Origin: Rhizophagus irregularis
Taxonomy: Eukaryota
Length of the DNA stretch: 64,000 nt
Assembly (NCBI RefSeq): GCF_026210795.1
Contig: NC_089436.1
Span: forward strand, 682,001 to 746,000
Direction: 5' to 3'
The notes beneath the pieces are model-generated. The model was not told the DNA's origin. It searched no databases and worked only from the letters and a program-made list of their open reading frames with translations. The translations under genes were made by a program, and so were the position numbers. Each line of letters begins with the position of its first letter. Positions within the stretch are counted from its first letter, which is position 1. This document shows, one piece after another, positions 11,275 to 25,272 of the stretch.

Positions 11275-13008
11275 ATGACTGAAACCGCGGGTCAATTACT
11301 AGGTCACGTCGTTCCAGTTTGCCAATGGTTATCACAAAGATTCACCTAGTTCAAGTTCAACAATATCTGCTTTCCAGCTAACGTGAGGGAATGGACCTTA
11401 TTCTTTCGAGGTGTCAGGCAAACTCCCCTTCCACTTGGACAATTCCCTGTATTTCCAACTAGCGCACAATTTCTCAGAGCCGAGGCAAACGTAGCAACAC
11501 GTTTTCAAATTAATGTTTTATGGCCAGTTGGAGAATTATTATACAGATTTTAATAGTACATATCCTGAATTTTTTGGCTCCAACTTCGTTTTATATACAA
11601 ATCTCACAGTGCCCAAGATGCCTGTGAAAACGAAAACGCGCCACAATCTTAATTTATGTGGTTATAATTTTCTGGCAAATTTGTCGATATGCCGGCCGGC
11701 GGATCCAAATTTTAAATTCAAGAAAAGGAACCCATCGCACATATTTAGTGAAATGGCCTGTAATGGTTTACATTATGGTATTCTGTCAAATTATAGTGAT
11801 ACATACATACTTTCTCAAGCGAGAAGAAACAACTCATATGTTTCTCGTGTTGTTCGACCTGATGATACCAATCCAACTTTACGCAAATGCATTTATTATA
11901 TCAGCCAACTCGTCATTAATGATAATAATGTCGGTAATAGATTGGGACATGTAGTGTTTGACAATGATGATGATGATGATGATGATGTGATGACTATAGT
12001 TATGGTGACTCTAATGATTCTAATGACCCCGACTACTCTGGATCATCTGATGATGATTCTAGTGATGATTATGGTTATGATGATTCTTCAGGGAAGAGGA
12101 AGAGAACACCAAAGACCAGTAGTAAAAAAACAATTGCAAGTTCGTCCAAAGGAATTACTAATTACTATTATAGATGAATACATAGCTGGGGGTCCTTTGG
12201 AAAAGTTTTTTCTAGATATTATGATAATTAAGTTGTAGCATGGAAGACTTGTGACACATATAAGAAGCAAGGGATGAAAACGTTAAAACAAGAAGCTCAT
12301 ATTTATTCTGTTTTAAAAGAATTAAAAAACGTTGCGAAAACGTTTTTATTAATAATTTACCAAGGTACATTTTTTTTCATTCATAATATTTTTAGATATT
12401 AACACTTATTTAATTTAACAAGTTTGAGATTAATTGGCAAATTTTATGGTGAAGAGTGGAATTGTTTGGAACACTTATCTTTACCATTTTTACAAACTCT
12501 GAAAGTTAGTAGGTCTATTCCGGCAAAATTCTTAGTAAATATAATTGCAAGTACGAGGGGAAATCTTAATAAAATAAACATTGATATAGACCATAGCGAT
12601 ATCAATAATCAGAGGATTATTCAAGCCATTTATAGGAAATGTCTAAACTTAACCCTTTATAATAACTATTACAATATTGATATTAGGTCATGCTATTCCA
12701 CGTTTGTTCTATAATGGTTACGTTTATGACGGAAATTTTTTTGCATTAGCATTACAATTAATTGAAAGGCGCTCATCAAATTGATCCGACAATACTCACT
12801 AAAAAGGAAAAAAATTAATAGTCAATCAACTCAAGTCAATACATAATTTCGGTGTCTTACATAATGATGTTTCTCAGAGTAATATTCTATACGAGCCAAA
12901 AAGTTGCCATTTCTTTTTTTATTGATTTTGGCTTAAGTGAGACCGTGGAAAATGAATCCCCAAATTGCGCAGGAAGAAAGGATATTAAAAAATTTTTTAC
13001 AACTTTAA
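11275..13008 (+). pseudogene. Frameshifted nuclease-like + acidic linker + protein kinase gene, interrupted by a foreign insertion
   Basis: ATG at 11275 then several frameshifts; MACNGLHYGILSNYSDTY segment; (GAT)n tract; kinase pieces VAWKTCD, LKQEAHIYSVLKE, GHAIPRLFYNGYVYDG, GVLHNDVSQSNIL and IDFGLSE in different frames. Confidence 0.82.
12323..12684 (+). pseudogene. Captured internal fragment of an F-box/LRR gene
   Basis: Translates to WNCLEHLSLPFLQTLKVS...NNQRIIQAIYRKCLNL, typical of Glomeromycota F-box/LRR proteins; lies between kinase residues ...SVLKE and GHAIPRL. Confidence 0.72.
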
Positions 13009-13222
13009 CTATCTGAGAAAATTGAATCAATTATTCATAAATTTTATTGCAAGCTACAATGGATGTCTAACTTTTCATTTTAAATCATAAAATGTAATAA
13101 ATCATTGAATAAATAATATATTTGTGCAACTTTATTTTTTCCAATGAGAATTTTCCTGTGATTAAATAATATCAAATCTACAGTTGAGATTAATAATGAG
13201 GTAAAAATAAACAATACAATAC

Positions 13223-13292
13223 CGCTGTACTTAATTTCCAATCCAAGAAATTAGCCGGCATTTAACGCATTTGACTGAAATTAAGTGCGGCG
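13223..13292. repeat. Short inverted repeat, possible internally deleted MITE
   Basis: CGCTGTACTTAATTTC ... GAAATTAAGTGCGGCG (14/16 complementary; both mismatches are transitions). Confidence 0.55.
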
Positions 13293-14899
13293 AAAAGTCA
13301 CGTGATTTTGGTCCACATATATATACTGCGGAACATGATCTTTGAATATCTATAGAGCCATAACATCGTGATGATGTTCTTCTGGAAGCTAACCAAGTCA
13401 ACATACCCTACTATTACTTTGTGGAGTATACTCGTTTGTTTGATTTTCGATACGATGATGTAAATAATGATAAGTTTGAATATTTTGCTTGGATTTTACA
13501 CAAGACGGATAAGAATGATTCACTGATCAGTTCTCACCTTTTTATAATTTGCAGTGGGTTCAAGGATTGAACATTTATGACGCATATACATTTAAAATTC
13601 AATAAACCTTTATATATTCTTTATACATATATTTTTCATAAAGTATTATTGCTATGTAAAATGAAAATGAAACGGGTAGTGGTGTTTCAAGAGAGGAATA
13701 AAGCATCCGCCCCCAGAAATATTTTGCATAGTAAAAGGATGGCCAGTTCTTTCCATTACTCCACATTACTAACTATTGCTAACAGCCAACTTCTTCATTG
13801 ATAATATTACTGCTATCGCTTGCAAAACTAACTACTCTTTTCCCCTCTTTCTTAATCCATAGTATGATTTTATCCATCAAAGTCTTTATTGGAGTTTTTG
13901 ATGAAATAGAAGCTGGATATGTTAAAACTAAGTCCAATGAGTCCAATCTTCTCATATAATATATTATGCATTTGTGACTCTTTTTTTCTTTTTTGATCAA
14001 AAATGGCAGTGAATTTGATCCAATACAATCGGCTAGAAAGAAATGGGCATAAAATAATATTACGTTACAAATCACTTATGAGTTAGCATGCAACTATCGG
14101 AAATGAAAAAAACATCAAACTTAGCCAAAACGGGTAAATAAGTTTATTACATGCAACCATTGTTAATAAAATGGATTTTTTTGTGAAGCTGTCCTAGTTG
14201 CAGCTATAACAAACAATTCGGGCATGCACTTGGTTGAAATCTTAGTGAGTAAAGTAGTAGTAAAGTATAGAAAAAAGAATTTAAATAAGAACACGTATTA
14301 GTTATAATTAAAATGGCAAGATTTAAGCTTATTAAGTGCGCGGCAATCGCGGCATCACTTTTACCATTGTCTTGCCGATCATAAAATAAAAGTTGATCGG
14401 AATTTAGGTATTGAAATGATTAACCCGAATACTCGCCGTTTCGCAAATCAGCGAAAATAGTTAGAATCTGGCATTCGTAAGGAGTTCGGATAATTCACAT
14501 CAAATCTCTGTCATGCTTTTGCGGGAAGTATATTATTATTTATTTCAATTTCTGAATTTATGAAGTCTATGAACGTTTGATCGAAAAATAACAGTATAAC
14601 ATGAATGAGATCTTACCAATTCACATTTATTTAATTAATATATTAAATACATTTTATTCACATTTATTAATGTTCAATTCTTTGAACATATTCGTTGTTA
14701 ATATGTAAAAATAAATAAAATAAAATAAAATTAAATAAATCATTAAATAAAAAATAGAAACAAATAAATAAAGTAATCTAGTTTTTAATAATAAATTATA
14801 TATATTTTTTTTTTTGGATAATTGTTTTTTTTTAATAATTCATAAATAACCGCCAAATTCACCTAATAACCTCATTTTTTTCCCCGGAATTACAATAAT

Positions 14900-17800
14900 T
14901 CATCCACTTATTATCTTATTCACCAATTCACTTGCTAGCGATGCATTTGTTTTCATTTTTTCTTTGGTAACAGTTAGGAATGATCCACAATCCATTAAAT
15001 TTGTAAATCCTATCTCCTCAAGATATGAAGGCATTTGATTTAATTGATTTGGTCGGACTACACCTCTGCCAGACGATAGATCGGAAGAAATCACAGTATA
15101 TAGAATCGACTGAACGGAATCAAGGATTGGGATGGTTTCACTGTTATTAATTATTTGCGTCATCTTTGGTAGTAAAGAGTCATATCTATTGTTAATAATT
15201 AGAGATTTGTTTTGTTAAAATATTAATATCAAATAAATAATAATATAAACATGAGAAAAAATTTTTTAAAAAAAGCATACACTAAAGCAAATACTTCAGG
15301 TAAAGCTGAAGCAGCTTCCGCCAAGAAACCGTATAAGAATAATCTTTCAGGCTCATGTTCCGCAGTTTGTAACATAGCAACCATCAATGAAATCAATAGT
15401 AAAGCAGTTTGATTATCTGGTATATCAAGTTTTTCAAAAATTTTATAATATGTCGTTCCTAATTCTGAATTATCAACTTCGGAATCAACAATTCCACAAA
15501 CCCAAAGCAATTCTTTCATATCTGCATTTTTAGCCGAGACTGGTAACAATGCGGCTAAGTATCCTAACATACTAGAATCTATTAAATTATGGGGTTGGTC
15601 TCTAGTAATACCCTTAGATGCAATATCCAAAAATGCATTCAAAACGTCTTTTGTTCCAGTTTTTGTGACAGGATTTTTTAACCCTTTTAATAGTGTTGCT
15701 GAAACTGCAAATGAGAAATGTTCATAATTGATACCTGCTTCACTATCCATATTTATTGCTATAGGTTCCAGAGGGACACGAGCTCTTAAAAGAACTGTTG
15801 CAATATCCTCTACTGCAAAGAAACCGTTGACATCTAATGCTTTTAGTACTACATTTAATAAATTAATTGCACTTGGGAATACAGGAATATGACTTATTTG
15901 AACGAGCGCCATCGCTAACCAGAACAACGATTGTAGGTATCGGCAGTCAGCGGGTAAGTTTTCTACAATGTTCGTAAGACACATTACAATACTAATAATA
16001 AGTGAACAATCATTTTCGGTAAACATCGACAAAGCTCCTCTTAAAGCAACTAATATTTGGTATAACAAATCATCGTCAACTTCTTCACGTGCAAGACAAC
16101 CAAGTGTCACGAATGCCCTTGGTTGTACTGCTGGATTATGTTGAAAAGCTGTACTTGCAACAAGCCCCATCCATCTAGCTCTCCATGTGTTTGACATATC
16201 TAAAAAAATAATGAATAATAAATAAATGAATAAATAATAAATAAACTTTTCTATAAAATAATGTTACCCAACAGATGACGAATAGATACTACTATCAACT
16301 TTTTAAGAATTTATTAATAAAACTTACCGACTGAACCAGCGCCACAAACCATAACTTCTAGCAATGCTTGAACAATTTTTTCCAAAGAAGCCAGTGGCAT
16401 CGTATCCGGCAAATCATGTGTGGATTCAGATGATATAACAAATGCGTTGCCAGGAACATTATTCAAGCCAAAAAAGTAACGGAAATTTGGCTCAGATAAT
16501 TCTGTTAACAACAATGTTAATCTCTTAACGTTAATTTCATTTAAAGGCATTGATGTGCAAAGAGATTGCACCAAATTTACAATAAGACCATGGATAGAAG
16601 CCCGAATAAGTGGAGGTCCAGTAGCTACTAGTATTGAAATGATATAAAATAATTCTGGCAAATATAGCTGTACATTACGACTGTTAAACGACAACATTAA
16701 ATTGAACCGTATCAAAACGGCAATCTCTGGCCATGCTGGATTATCTGTGAGAGTTCTAGTGGCTTTTAATGATGTTCTTGCGATTACCTGAAAGAAACAA
16801 AATTGATTAGCGCCAAGGTAATAAACAATTGATATAATTAAAATTATAAAAGGTGCATACTTTTCTTAATTTTGCAATTATTTTTCCTCGAATGTTAACC
16901 GATGATAAAGTCACAATGGTATTTGCGACTATTTCAGATTGGGGTGAACTTATACCATGGTCAACAGCATATTGAACGAATTCATCAATTATTATATTTG
17001 TAATTTCATCAACTTTTCCTAAGGTACTCCATATCTTTGACTGAACTGCGGTATACATCTAGTAAAAAGCAAAAAGTTAATAAAAAGTGTGTTTGCTAAA
17101 TTATTAATAAAAAAACATGAAATTTAATTCATACTTCAGTTTCTTTCGTTGTCAGTTCAATTAAGTTCTTTATAATCTCCCGCGTTTTATCAACGTTTTT
17201 GTGACCATCTGCTCCACTCTTAGTGAATTGTGCCAAATTATTTAACCACGGCGCCATATACTGAAGACATAAATGTTTCAGAGGAGTACTAGATTTGTCA
17301 AATCCAACAAAGAATTCGCACAAGAAATCTGGAGTAAGTTGAGGAACTAAACTCGCAAGCCTTTCGCTCAATCCAACAACAAATGATGTATTGTTTGCTG
17401 GTATACATAATCCTACAAAATTATCCAGGTTTAGAATAAATATTTTAACAATTAATTATAATGAATTTGGATAATACTACTAACCTTTCGCTCCTAATAG
17501 CTGGCCACCCACATCAAAGTTAAATATGAGGCTTAAAGCTACAAGTAAATTGTAAGCAGCCAATCTCAAGTTAGGATCATCGCTACCAATATTCAGAAGG
17601 GCCATATTTAATAATGTTCCTGGAACATCGCTTGGCCTTATTACTCTTTCAGTTATGTTTGTTGGTTTCGCTATCTGATATCTTGCTTTGGAAGCACGAA
17701 TAGCTTGCATAATAGAATCTCTTCTTGGGCTGGTAAATGATAAAGGAGGTCTACCCCGATCTTGTTTAATGATGAATTCATTATCATCGCTTTTATGTGA

Positions 17801-20800
17801 GGATGGGGCAATGTCTTCGATTTCGGAAATATGAAATACATCATTTAATTGACTGCTCAATCCATTAAATAAGTCTTGTCTTTTTGTCTTAAAAACATAA
17901 ATAAATTTATATTAATAATTGAAACAAAAAAAAAATGTATATATATAAAAATATGATTTATAAGTAATTTACCGTCAAAACCTGTATAGTCTCGTGGCTA
18001 ATTTTCATTGTAACTGGTACTTGCATTCTATAATGTGAAATTCTTGTTATTGGATTAAATACCACATTTGGATCTGTATCTAATTGTGCTATAAACCAAT
18101 TTTAAATCATAAATGGTGTGAGTAAAGTTTTACGTATTAAATTAAATAATAAAGAACATAATACATACTTGTCGACTTCGGTAATCGAACTTCAGGTGAA
18201 GAAATATGTTCATGTAATTCACTCAAGTTGCATAAGAATATCGTTCTCCTAGTAATTTTACTTGAAAAAAGTCGGGCTAATAATATTTTTTTGGTGAATT
18301 TCTTGAAAGCGGTGTTCGTATTGTAAAAATATAGTGCACTAAGGTTTTCCATAGCATCAAATGGAAGAATATGCATAAATTGTTGAGCCCATTGTAACTG
18401 TATTTCGTTCGCTGCTCCAAACATCGTTACATCCACTAAAAGTTCATATGGTTGTCCCATATATGGTTCAATTGTCTAAATAGTTTAAATATATTTAATC
18501 AATTAGGTTTTATTCACATTAAAGGCAAATAACATTATTAATTAGAACTAAATCAAATACTTACATTAAGAACATGATACATCAAGAGTTCCATATCTGT
18601 AGCTTCTGCGTCAAGTCTTCGTAATATTAAATAAAAGACACGACGTCTTTCCTATAATTTGTGTAAATTGTTAAATTTAAGACCAAAACCAAAATAATGA
18701 ATATAAAAAATAATTGTTATGCTTATATTTAATTATGCTTAATATTAACCTTTGAAAATCCGCCCTCATAAAACACTCCTTTGGATACTATAGATTCAAG
18801 ATTACGAAATTTATTTCGAGTCATAAATTCTTTAAAGAGTTGGTGATTTGTTTCAAAATGATTATTCCTAATATTCAGGAATTCTTTCTTTTGACTTTCT
18901 GTAGGTGGACCAAGTTGTGCAAGAAGTTTAGAAATTGTATCCCAAGCCTTTTTACTTGCTTGAGCCTGATCAAGCATAACATTAGCGGGTGCAGCTGGGT
19001 TTATTGATTTAACTCTTCGTGTCTGAAGATCTTTTGCCATCTTCTCTTGATATTCAACAAGATGTCTATGAAGATTTTTTCGTTCGGAATCTTCTAATCT
19101 ACGTACGATATTATTATCTCCCGATTGTACATCTGCAAATGGAGGTACGTAAGGCAATTTCTGATTTAAAAATAAATTAAAGAGTTAATTGTCTTTTTAT
19201 CTTTCCTTTTTATAAAGCAGATCAAAACGATTACAATACTTACGGAGATTTCTTCCAGGAAAGTTGTCACTTTAACAATATTGTTATTTAAAAAATCATT
19301 TAAAACAATCATAAAAGGTTCCTTTGCACCGAAAAGAACATTATTTGCGAGGTTTTGAATAACCTTGGTTATTAATAACAATGCTCTTCGGATTTTAACA
19401 TTTTCAATAGGCTTGCATATATTATCACTATCTGGTGACACTATAGCTGGATTGAAGAAACGCAGGAAAACAAATGCTCCAACTGTAACGCATTTTGCTC
19501 GCTTGTATTTTTCTTCGACGGCACTACCAATGTAATGACATACTTCTCGGAATGTTCTTTTTTTTTTAAAAAAAAGATAAGTTCAATTGTTGATCAAAAA
19601 AGTAACATAAATAAACCAAATAAAATAAAATGCGCATTTAAGTCATATTATACCTTGGCATATTTGGACCAGAAGCACAGATAGTATCCAAGAATGCTTG
19701 AGCTGTGGCCTTCAAATTTTGTAAATTTTTATTTACATCTTCACCGGGAAGAAGATTGTCAGGATTAAGTTCACAACTGAAATCACTTGGCTTAGATAGA
19801 AGATCATTTAACAAAGGTTGTAAAGTTTCACGTAAATATTCTGTCCCATGTGTTTTTGCAAAGGAAGCCAACATACGAGTTGCCATACAATTACGTCGGA
19901 ATAAATCAGACTCATATTCTATTATAATGCGAAATGCCTTGTAGTTAATAAAAACAATTCAATATATAAATAAAAATCAAGTGAAATATAATTTATACCT
20001 GTGTTAATAACTTCTTTTTCGACAATCGCTTTTAATAAGGGCATTGTTTTATTTCGAGAGTCAAAAACTGCTAAAAGAGTTTTAGAGACTATATCGATAT
20101 CAGAAACTGGACAGACTTCACATAATGATAATGCAATATTGAGATCAGACTCGGTGACCAACTGAATAATAAATAATATATACGATAATAAATATGGAGA
20201 AATAATATTAAGAATTCTTATTTAATTTAACACTCATCATCAAATACCTCAACAAGTTTTTCATAACGATCTTTCATTGCATTTTCTGCGAGACCCTCAA
20301 ATTCGGTTCCTTGATTCAAGATATTTGTAAGAACCTGCATAAATGCCGTTCTTGTCTTGGTGTCTTCATGATATCCCATGGACAATGAATATTTTAAACC
20401 GGAATCAACATTTGCGCTGAGTAAATTACTCAATGCTAAAATCGTGTAATCTTTCAAGGGACCCAAATCCTTGACGTACTCTTTAGACTACATTAAATAA
20501 TAAACAAAATTACTGATGAGTTAAGAAATAAAATTAAAGAAAACGATTTAATTTACCTTTGACAATAACATTTGCAAATCTTGATTATTTTTCGCAGAAT
20601 GAGTACCGCTATCAATAGCCTAATATATAATAAAAATAATATTAATTAAAAGTGTCTTTTATGAACAATAATAATATTATTATTTAAATGCAAAAATTTT
20701 CCACCTCGAGAATACGACATCGGTTCAGTAATTTGATGAAAAATGAAAAATATTTATAAAATAAACGTGATTTAACTCCACTTAGATCCGATTCATGTAC

Positions 20801-23800
20801 AGCATCAGAGGGCTGTAATGGTAATTGATGAAGAAGAGCAACTACTGTTTTTAAACAAGTTTGATCCAAATCACGATGCAATTTTTCACTTTTATTTGAT
20901 GATGTTTCACTGTTTCCTTGACTATCCGCTTTCTTTTAAATACATATAAATTAAAATTAGAAACAACCAAGCATATGTTTTTTTGTTAAAAAAAAAAAAA
21001 AAGGTAAGAAATTTGGATGTACCATTGTAAAATCTGAAGTCCATTCAATAAAAATCTCCAAAAGTCTGTTTCTCAATTTAATTTCTTGTCGAAGAGTGAC
21101 ATAATCTTTTTTATGCATTAATATCTCAGCAAGTTGACACATTCGTTTCTTAATTCGTAATGCGACTTGACCAGAACCAAGCCTATTCAGATAACGGGCA
21201 AAAGAGAGAACAAGACCCCCGAGGTCAACAGTGTACAAATTTTCTGATGCATCTTGAATACGCTCTAAGATAAGTTTTAAAACGGAGATTGCTTGCTCTA
21301 CAAATAGTGTGTATCTTTCGGTTGGAGTTGCTTCACCATCTGGATCAAAAAATCGTGATACTATCGATTCAAGATATTTAAATAAAATAACGTATAGTCT
21401 TGTATTCAATTCATTTCCAAGAGTTTCTCTAACACTTTCCCGAACATATGCTGAATCACATACTAACAAATCCACCATTTCATGTACATATTTTTCTACC
21501 ATTAAATGGTAATTTGACCCCTGAGGTATATTATTCCTATTGTCTGAATCATTTACTAAAGATTCATTTGGACGTTCATTGACACAAACTCCCCCCAATG
21601 ATGATAAAAAGCCAGTATAATTAAGCCATTCGGTATTTTGTGCCTTAAATAGAAAAAAATTTTAATTATAACAATCATTGAACAAAAATATTTTTTTATA
21701 TAAATTTATATTACCTCCGGAACAATCACAACATTATTACCAACTTTACCCGGATTATTCCACGGCATTCCTTTTATCTTGTTAGATTCTATCGCTTGCT
21801 CATCAGCAGGTCGAGCAATTAATTGAGTAAGGTTCTTCCAACGTTTATATGCTTCTTCCCATGAAGCGAGATTACCAGGCGTTGCCACTTTCATTAATCG
21901 CAATAATTTGCGAATACGCTTTTGTTGTGCCATACGACCTGTAATAAAATTATATATATATATATATATATTTTTTTTAAAAAAAAAAGAGAAAGAGAAA
22001 TGATTTTATATTATCTTACCTAAAACTACATAAGGCGAAGCTGACAACTCTAAATAGATTTCCATATTTTCGACAATTGGGGGAGCAGTCTGAACATCCA
22101 TCTCATCAGGTACAAGTTCTGTGGTAAACTGAGCCTCTTGACAAAAATGTCCAAAACAGTTTAATGACATTGAACAAATATCTGGATCGGGAGAGCATAA
22201 TAAAACCAGTAAAGCGATTTCAAGAACCACATTGCAGCTAAAACGTTCAGGTGCATTAATTCCAACTGTTGATTCTTCCTATTAATGTAAGGAATAAACT
22301 TTTTTTTAAAAAAAAAAATTCTTTTAAATAAAAAAAAAATCACAAAAGCAATTTTACCTTGTGTTTTTTCAAGAATTGATTGCGACGAATAAATAATTGA
22401 AGTAAAAGATCAAGCAAATGTTTCGTACTTTCTTCACGTTCTTTATAATCAAGAATTTGTCTTGCAATAGCTAACATCACTTGAGAACTAACAATAAAAA
22501 ATTTAAGATTTAATAAGAGTAATACATAATATTGATTATTTCATATCAACACACCTTATTGACCAAAAGCTATACATTATCTTATCTTCAGGACCCCATC
22601 TTTCAATATATTCTAAATTATGAAGTTCCAACAAAGTATCAGCCGCAATAGATCTAATTGCATTATCATTTACACATAATGCTATGCCACAAATAACTTG
22701 TCGAATTTCTTCTGGGCATTGATTAGGATCATAATACTGTGTGTTGTAATTAAGAAAATATGAGAAAAATAAATAAACTTGTTAATAGGAAAAATAATTT
22801 AATATAAACTTACAGCAAGCGCAAGCATAGGATCAGATTTATAAAGCTTGATAATATTTAGAATAATTTCCGTTTTTTCGTTTAATTCATCCGGTTTGTA
22901 TCTTCTTTTCCTAGAGTCATTAGATTTATCCTTAGAGTTAATGTATTGATGTAACAATTGCCGAAGTGGCACGGCAAGAACCGAATATACAGATGATAAA
23001 CTAGGATTCCAAGGAAATCGATTTTCCTACAAATTAAAAAAAAAATACATTTGAATCTAATAAAAAAATTTTTTTTCAATTAAATATCAACTTAAATTTG
23101 GCTCTTACTTCTGAAGCTATCGCATAACAACTTTTAACCAATACTAATTTGAAAGCATTAGGTGCATTTTCGCTCAGACAAATTGGAATTAATGATTCCA
23201 ATGTATCTTGATTTAATCTGAATAAGGCCGTTAAACAATCTGTCATAAGTTTTTGATCAATTTGTGATTCAGTCATAAACGGTTTATTAGGATCGAACAA
23301 TTTTGCCTATTATTATAAATATAAAAGTAAGTATAGATAATCAAGAAAAGCATGTTTTCAAATAAGATTCAAAAATCTTACTTTAAGATCATTTTCAATA
23401 TCAGGTACAATTTGAAGTAAAGCTGAAGAATCACTCTTTGCTACGTAAGTCGATGCTTTACAAATATCGACATAACATACTGCGGCAACTTCAGCTAATT
23501 TTGACCTTCTCAGTGACTGTTTTAATGAGTCAAGAAATGCAACCTAAAAATATTGGTGAAACAATTCTTAGTGGTGCAAATATTAATAAATAATATTCGT
23601 TAAATAGTAAATCATATTTTTTTTACCTTTTTGGACATTGAATTCGATACATCTGACATTGACGCATTAAACAATATATCAGGGCACAAAATTAACAACA
23701 TAGTCTGTAATGGCCAAAAAACGGACTTCTTCTTAGGGTTACTTTCGGCTAAAGAACTGCAATAATCAAATAATATTTCAGCTCCTCCTTCTAATCGTTT

Positions 23801-25272
23801 TTGTTCTTGACATAAAGTCACAAATTCCGCAGGAAAGACTTCTATCCAATTCCATATAGCTTTACGTAAAACATTCGCCATCATTGTTTGTGCTGACCGT
23901 TTAAGATGTAAAAAAGAACTACATAGTTCTATAAAATTTTTTTTAAAAAAAAATATTTAATATTCAAGACCTTAAAAGTATAACGCGAGTTACATAAAGA
24001 GTCTTAAAATCTTTGAAAATTAACAAATAAAATTGTTATAAAACCTTGAAGAACCATTGACAACCGTTTAGAGTTTAAATCTGAACATTCTAACAGCTTC
24101 AGTTCTGACGTTTCTGGCCACTCATCATTTGTAGATGTCAAATAGCCAATGCGATTCCTTATTCTTGAAAAAACAACATTCCAATTAGAAGCACTAATAT
24201 AGAATATAACACGGCCAGCGTTCCTATAAATGTCATTTATTATTTCAAATGTAGCGGATGATCCTTGTGCTGTAGCAGGAAAGTTATTAGGTGAACCGGG
24301 ACCTGCAGGATTTCCATTTGGTGGTTGGCCAGTAGCATTATCTTCCTGACTCGCCATTTGATGTAGAAACCGAGATAATACGCTCAAGATGTATTTTGCA
24401 AGCGAATCTTCTAATGGTGGAGGATCATCCCATGATCTGGGTAATTTAAATTGCTTACTATGATTTGACTGACTTGACTGACCTTGTTGATTTTGATAAT
24501 TTTGATTTTGATAATTTTGATTTTGCTGATTTTGATTTTGCTGATTTTGGTTTTGCTGATTTTGATTTACAAGTGTTGATATTGATGAAGTATCATCGTT
24601 AGATTGTAGTTGCTGCTCCAACTCCCTCTCCCTTTTCATTGTTCGATAGTATTTCCAGTGACTTGTCATACATGCTGATAAAATTTTTAGGATAAATAAT
24701 TGAGACTGTAATACTTCGAAAGGTACAAATTCTTCCAACATCATCGCTGAAGACTATTAATTAAGTATCGATCCAATAAATAAATAAATTAATTAAATAA
24801 ATTTTATTGTTTATTATATTGAAATTTGATCATTGTCATGCATATATAATCAATTGGTTAACTTTTCATCAACAATACAAAAAGATATTCGGCGTACCTT
24901 AGATATTGTTTCTAGAAGGTGGGTTAAATTATTTGCTATTGTACTAAGTTTAAACCTCGATAAATCAATTATTGAGTTAACAATTTGTAATATGAGAGGA
25001 TCTGACTCGAGGGTTTCCAGTTTTTTTCCGCTATGAACTGGTAACTATTATTAAAAAAAAAATAAATAAAATAAATAAAGATAATAATAATAAGTAAATA
25101 ATAAATAATAAATAACAATAAGTTTAATATATGAAAAATTCAACAAATAATTGAATTACATATAAAAAAATTGAATTAATTTAAATGAATTTTTTTTAAA
25201 GTATTTAAAAATTGGTACCTTTAAACTAATCCTATTTATTAAAGACAGAATTAACTTTGTGTCTCCGTTCAT
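14900..25272 (-). CDS. NF1: Neurofibromin/IRA-type Ras GTPase-activating protein (RasGAP + Sec14/CRAL-TRIO + PH-like + HEAT-like repeats), more than 20 exons
   Basis: ATG at 25272 (MNGDTKLILSLINRI); arginine-finger LFRRNCMATRML; RasGAP signature VGAFVFLRFFNPAIVSP and KVIQNLAN; LSNLLSANVDSGL; RPSDVPGTLLNMALLN; AFQHNPAVQPRAFVTLGCL; consistent GT-AG introns between ORF-track fragments. Confidence 0.95.
24485..24568 (-). repeat. Coding 15-bp tandem repeat giving a QNQQN/QNYQN tract inside the RasGAP gene
   Basis: Repeated TTTTGCTGATTTTGA / TTTTGATAATTTTGA units; translation NQNQQNQNQQNQNQQNQNYQNQNYQNQQ. Confidence 0.85.

Noticed and set aside
19705..25036. Plus-strand ORFs (19705, 21309, 24833) inside the RasGAP gene
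   Set aside because: Antisense shadows of conserved exons with no independent motifs.
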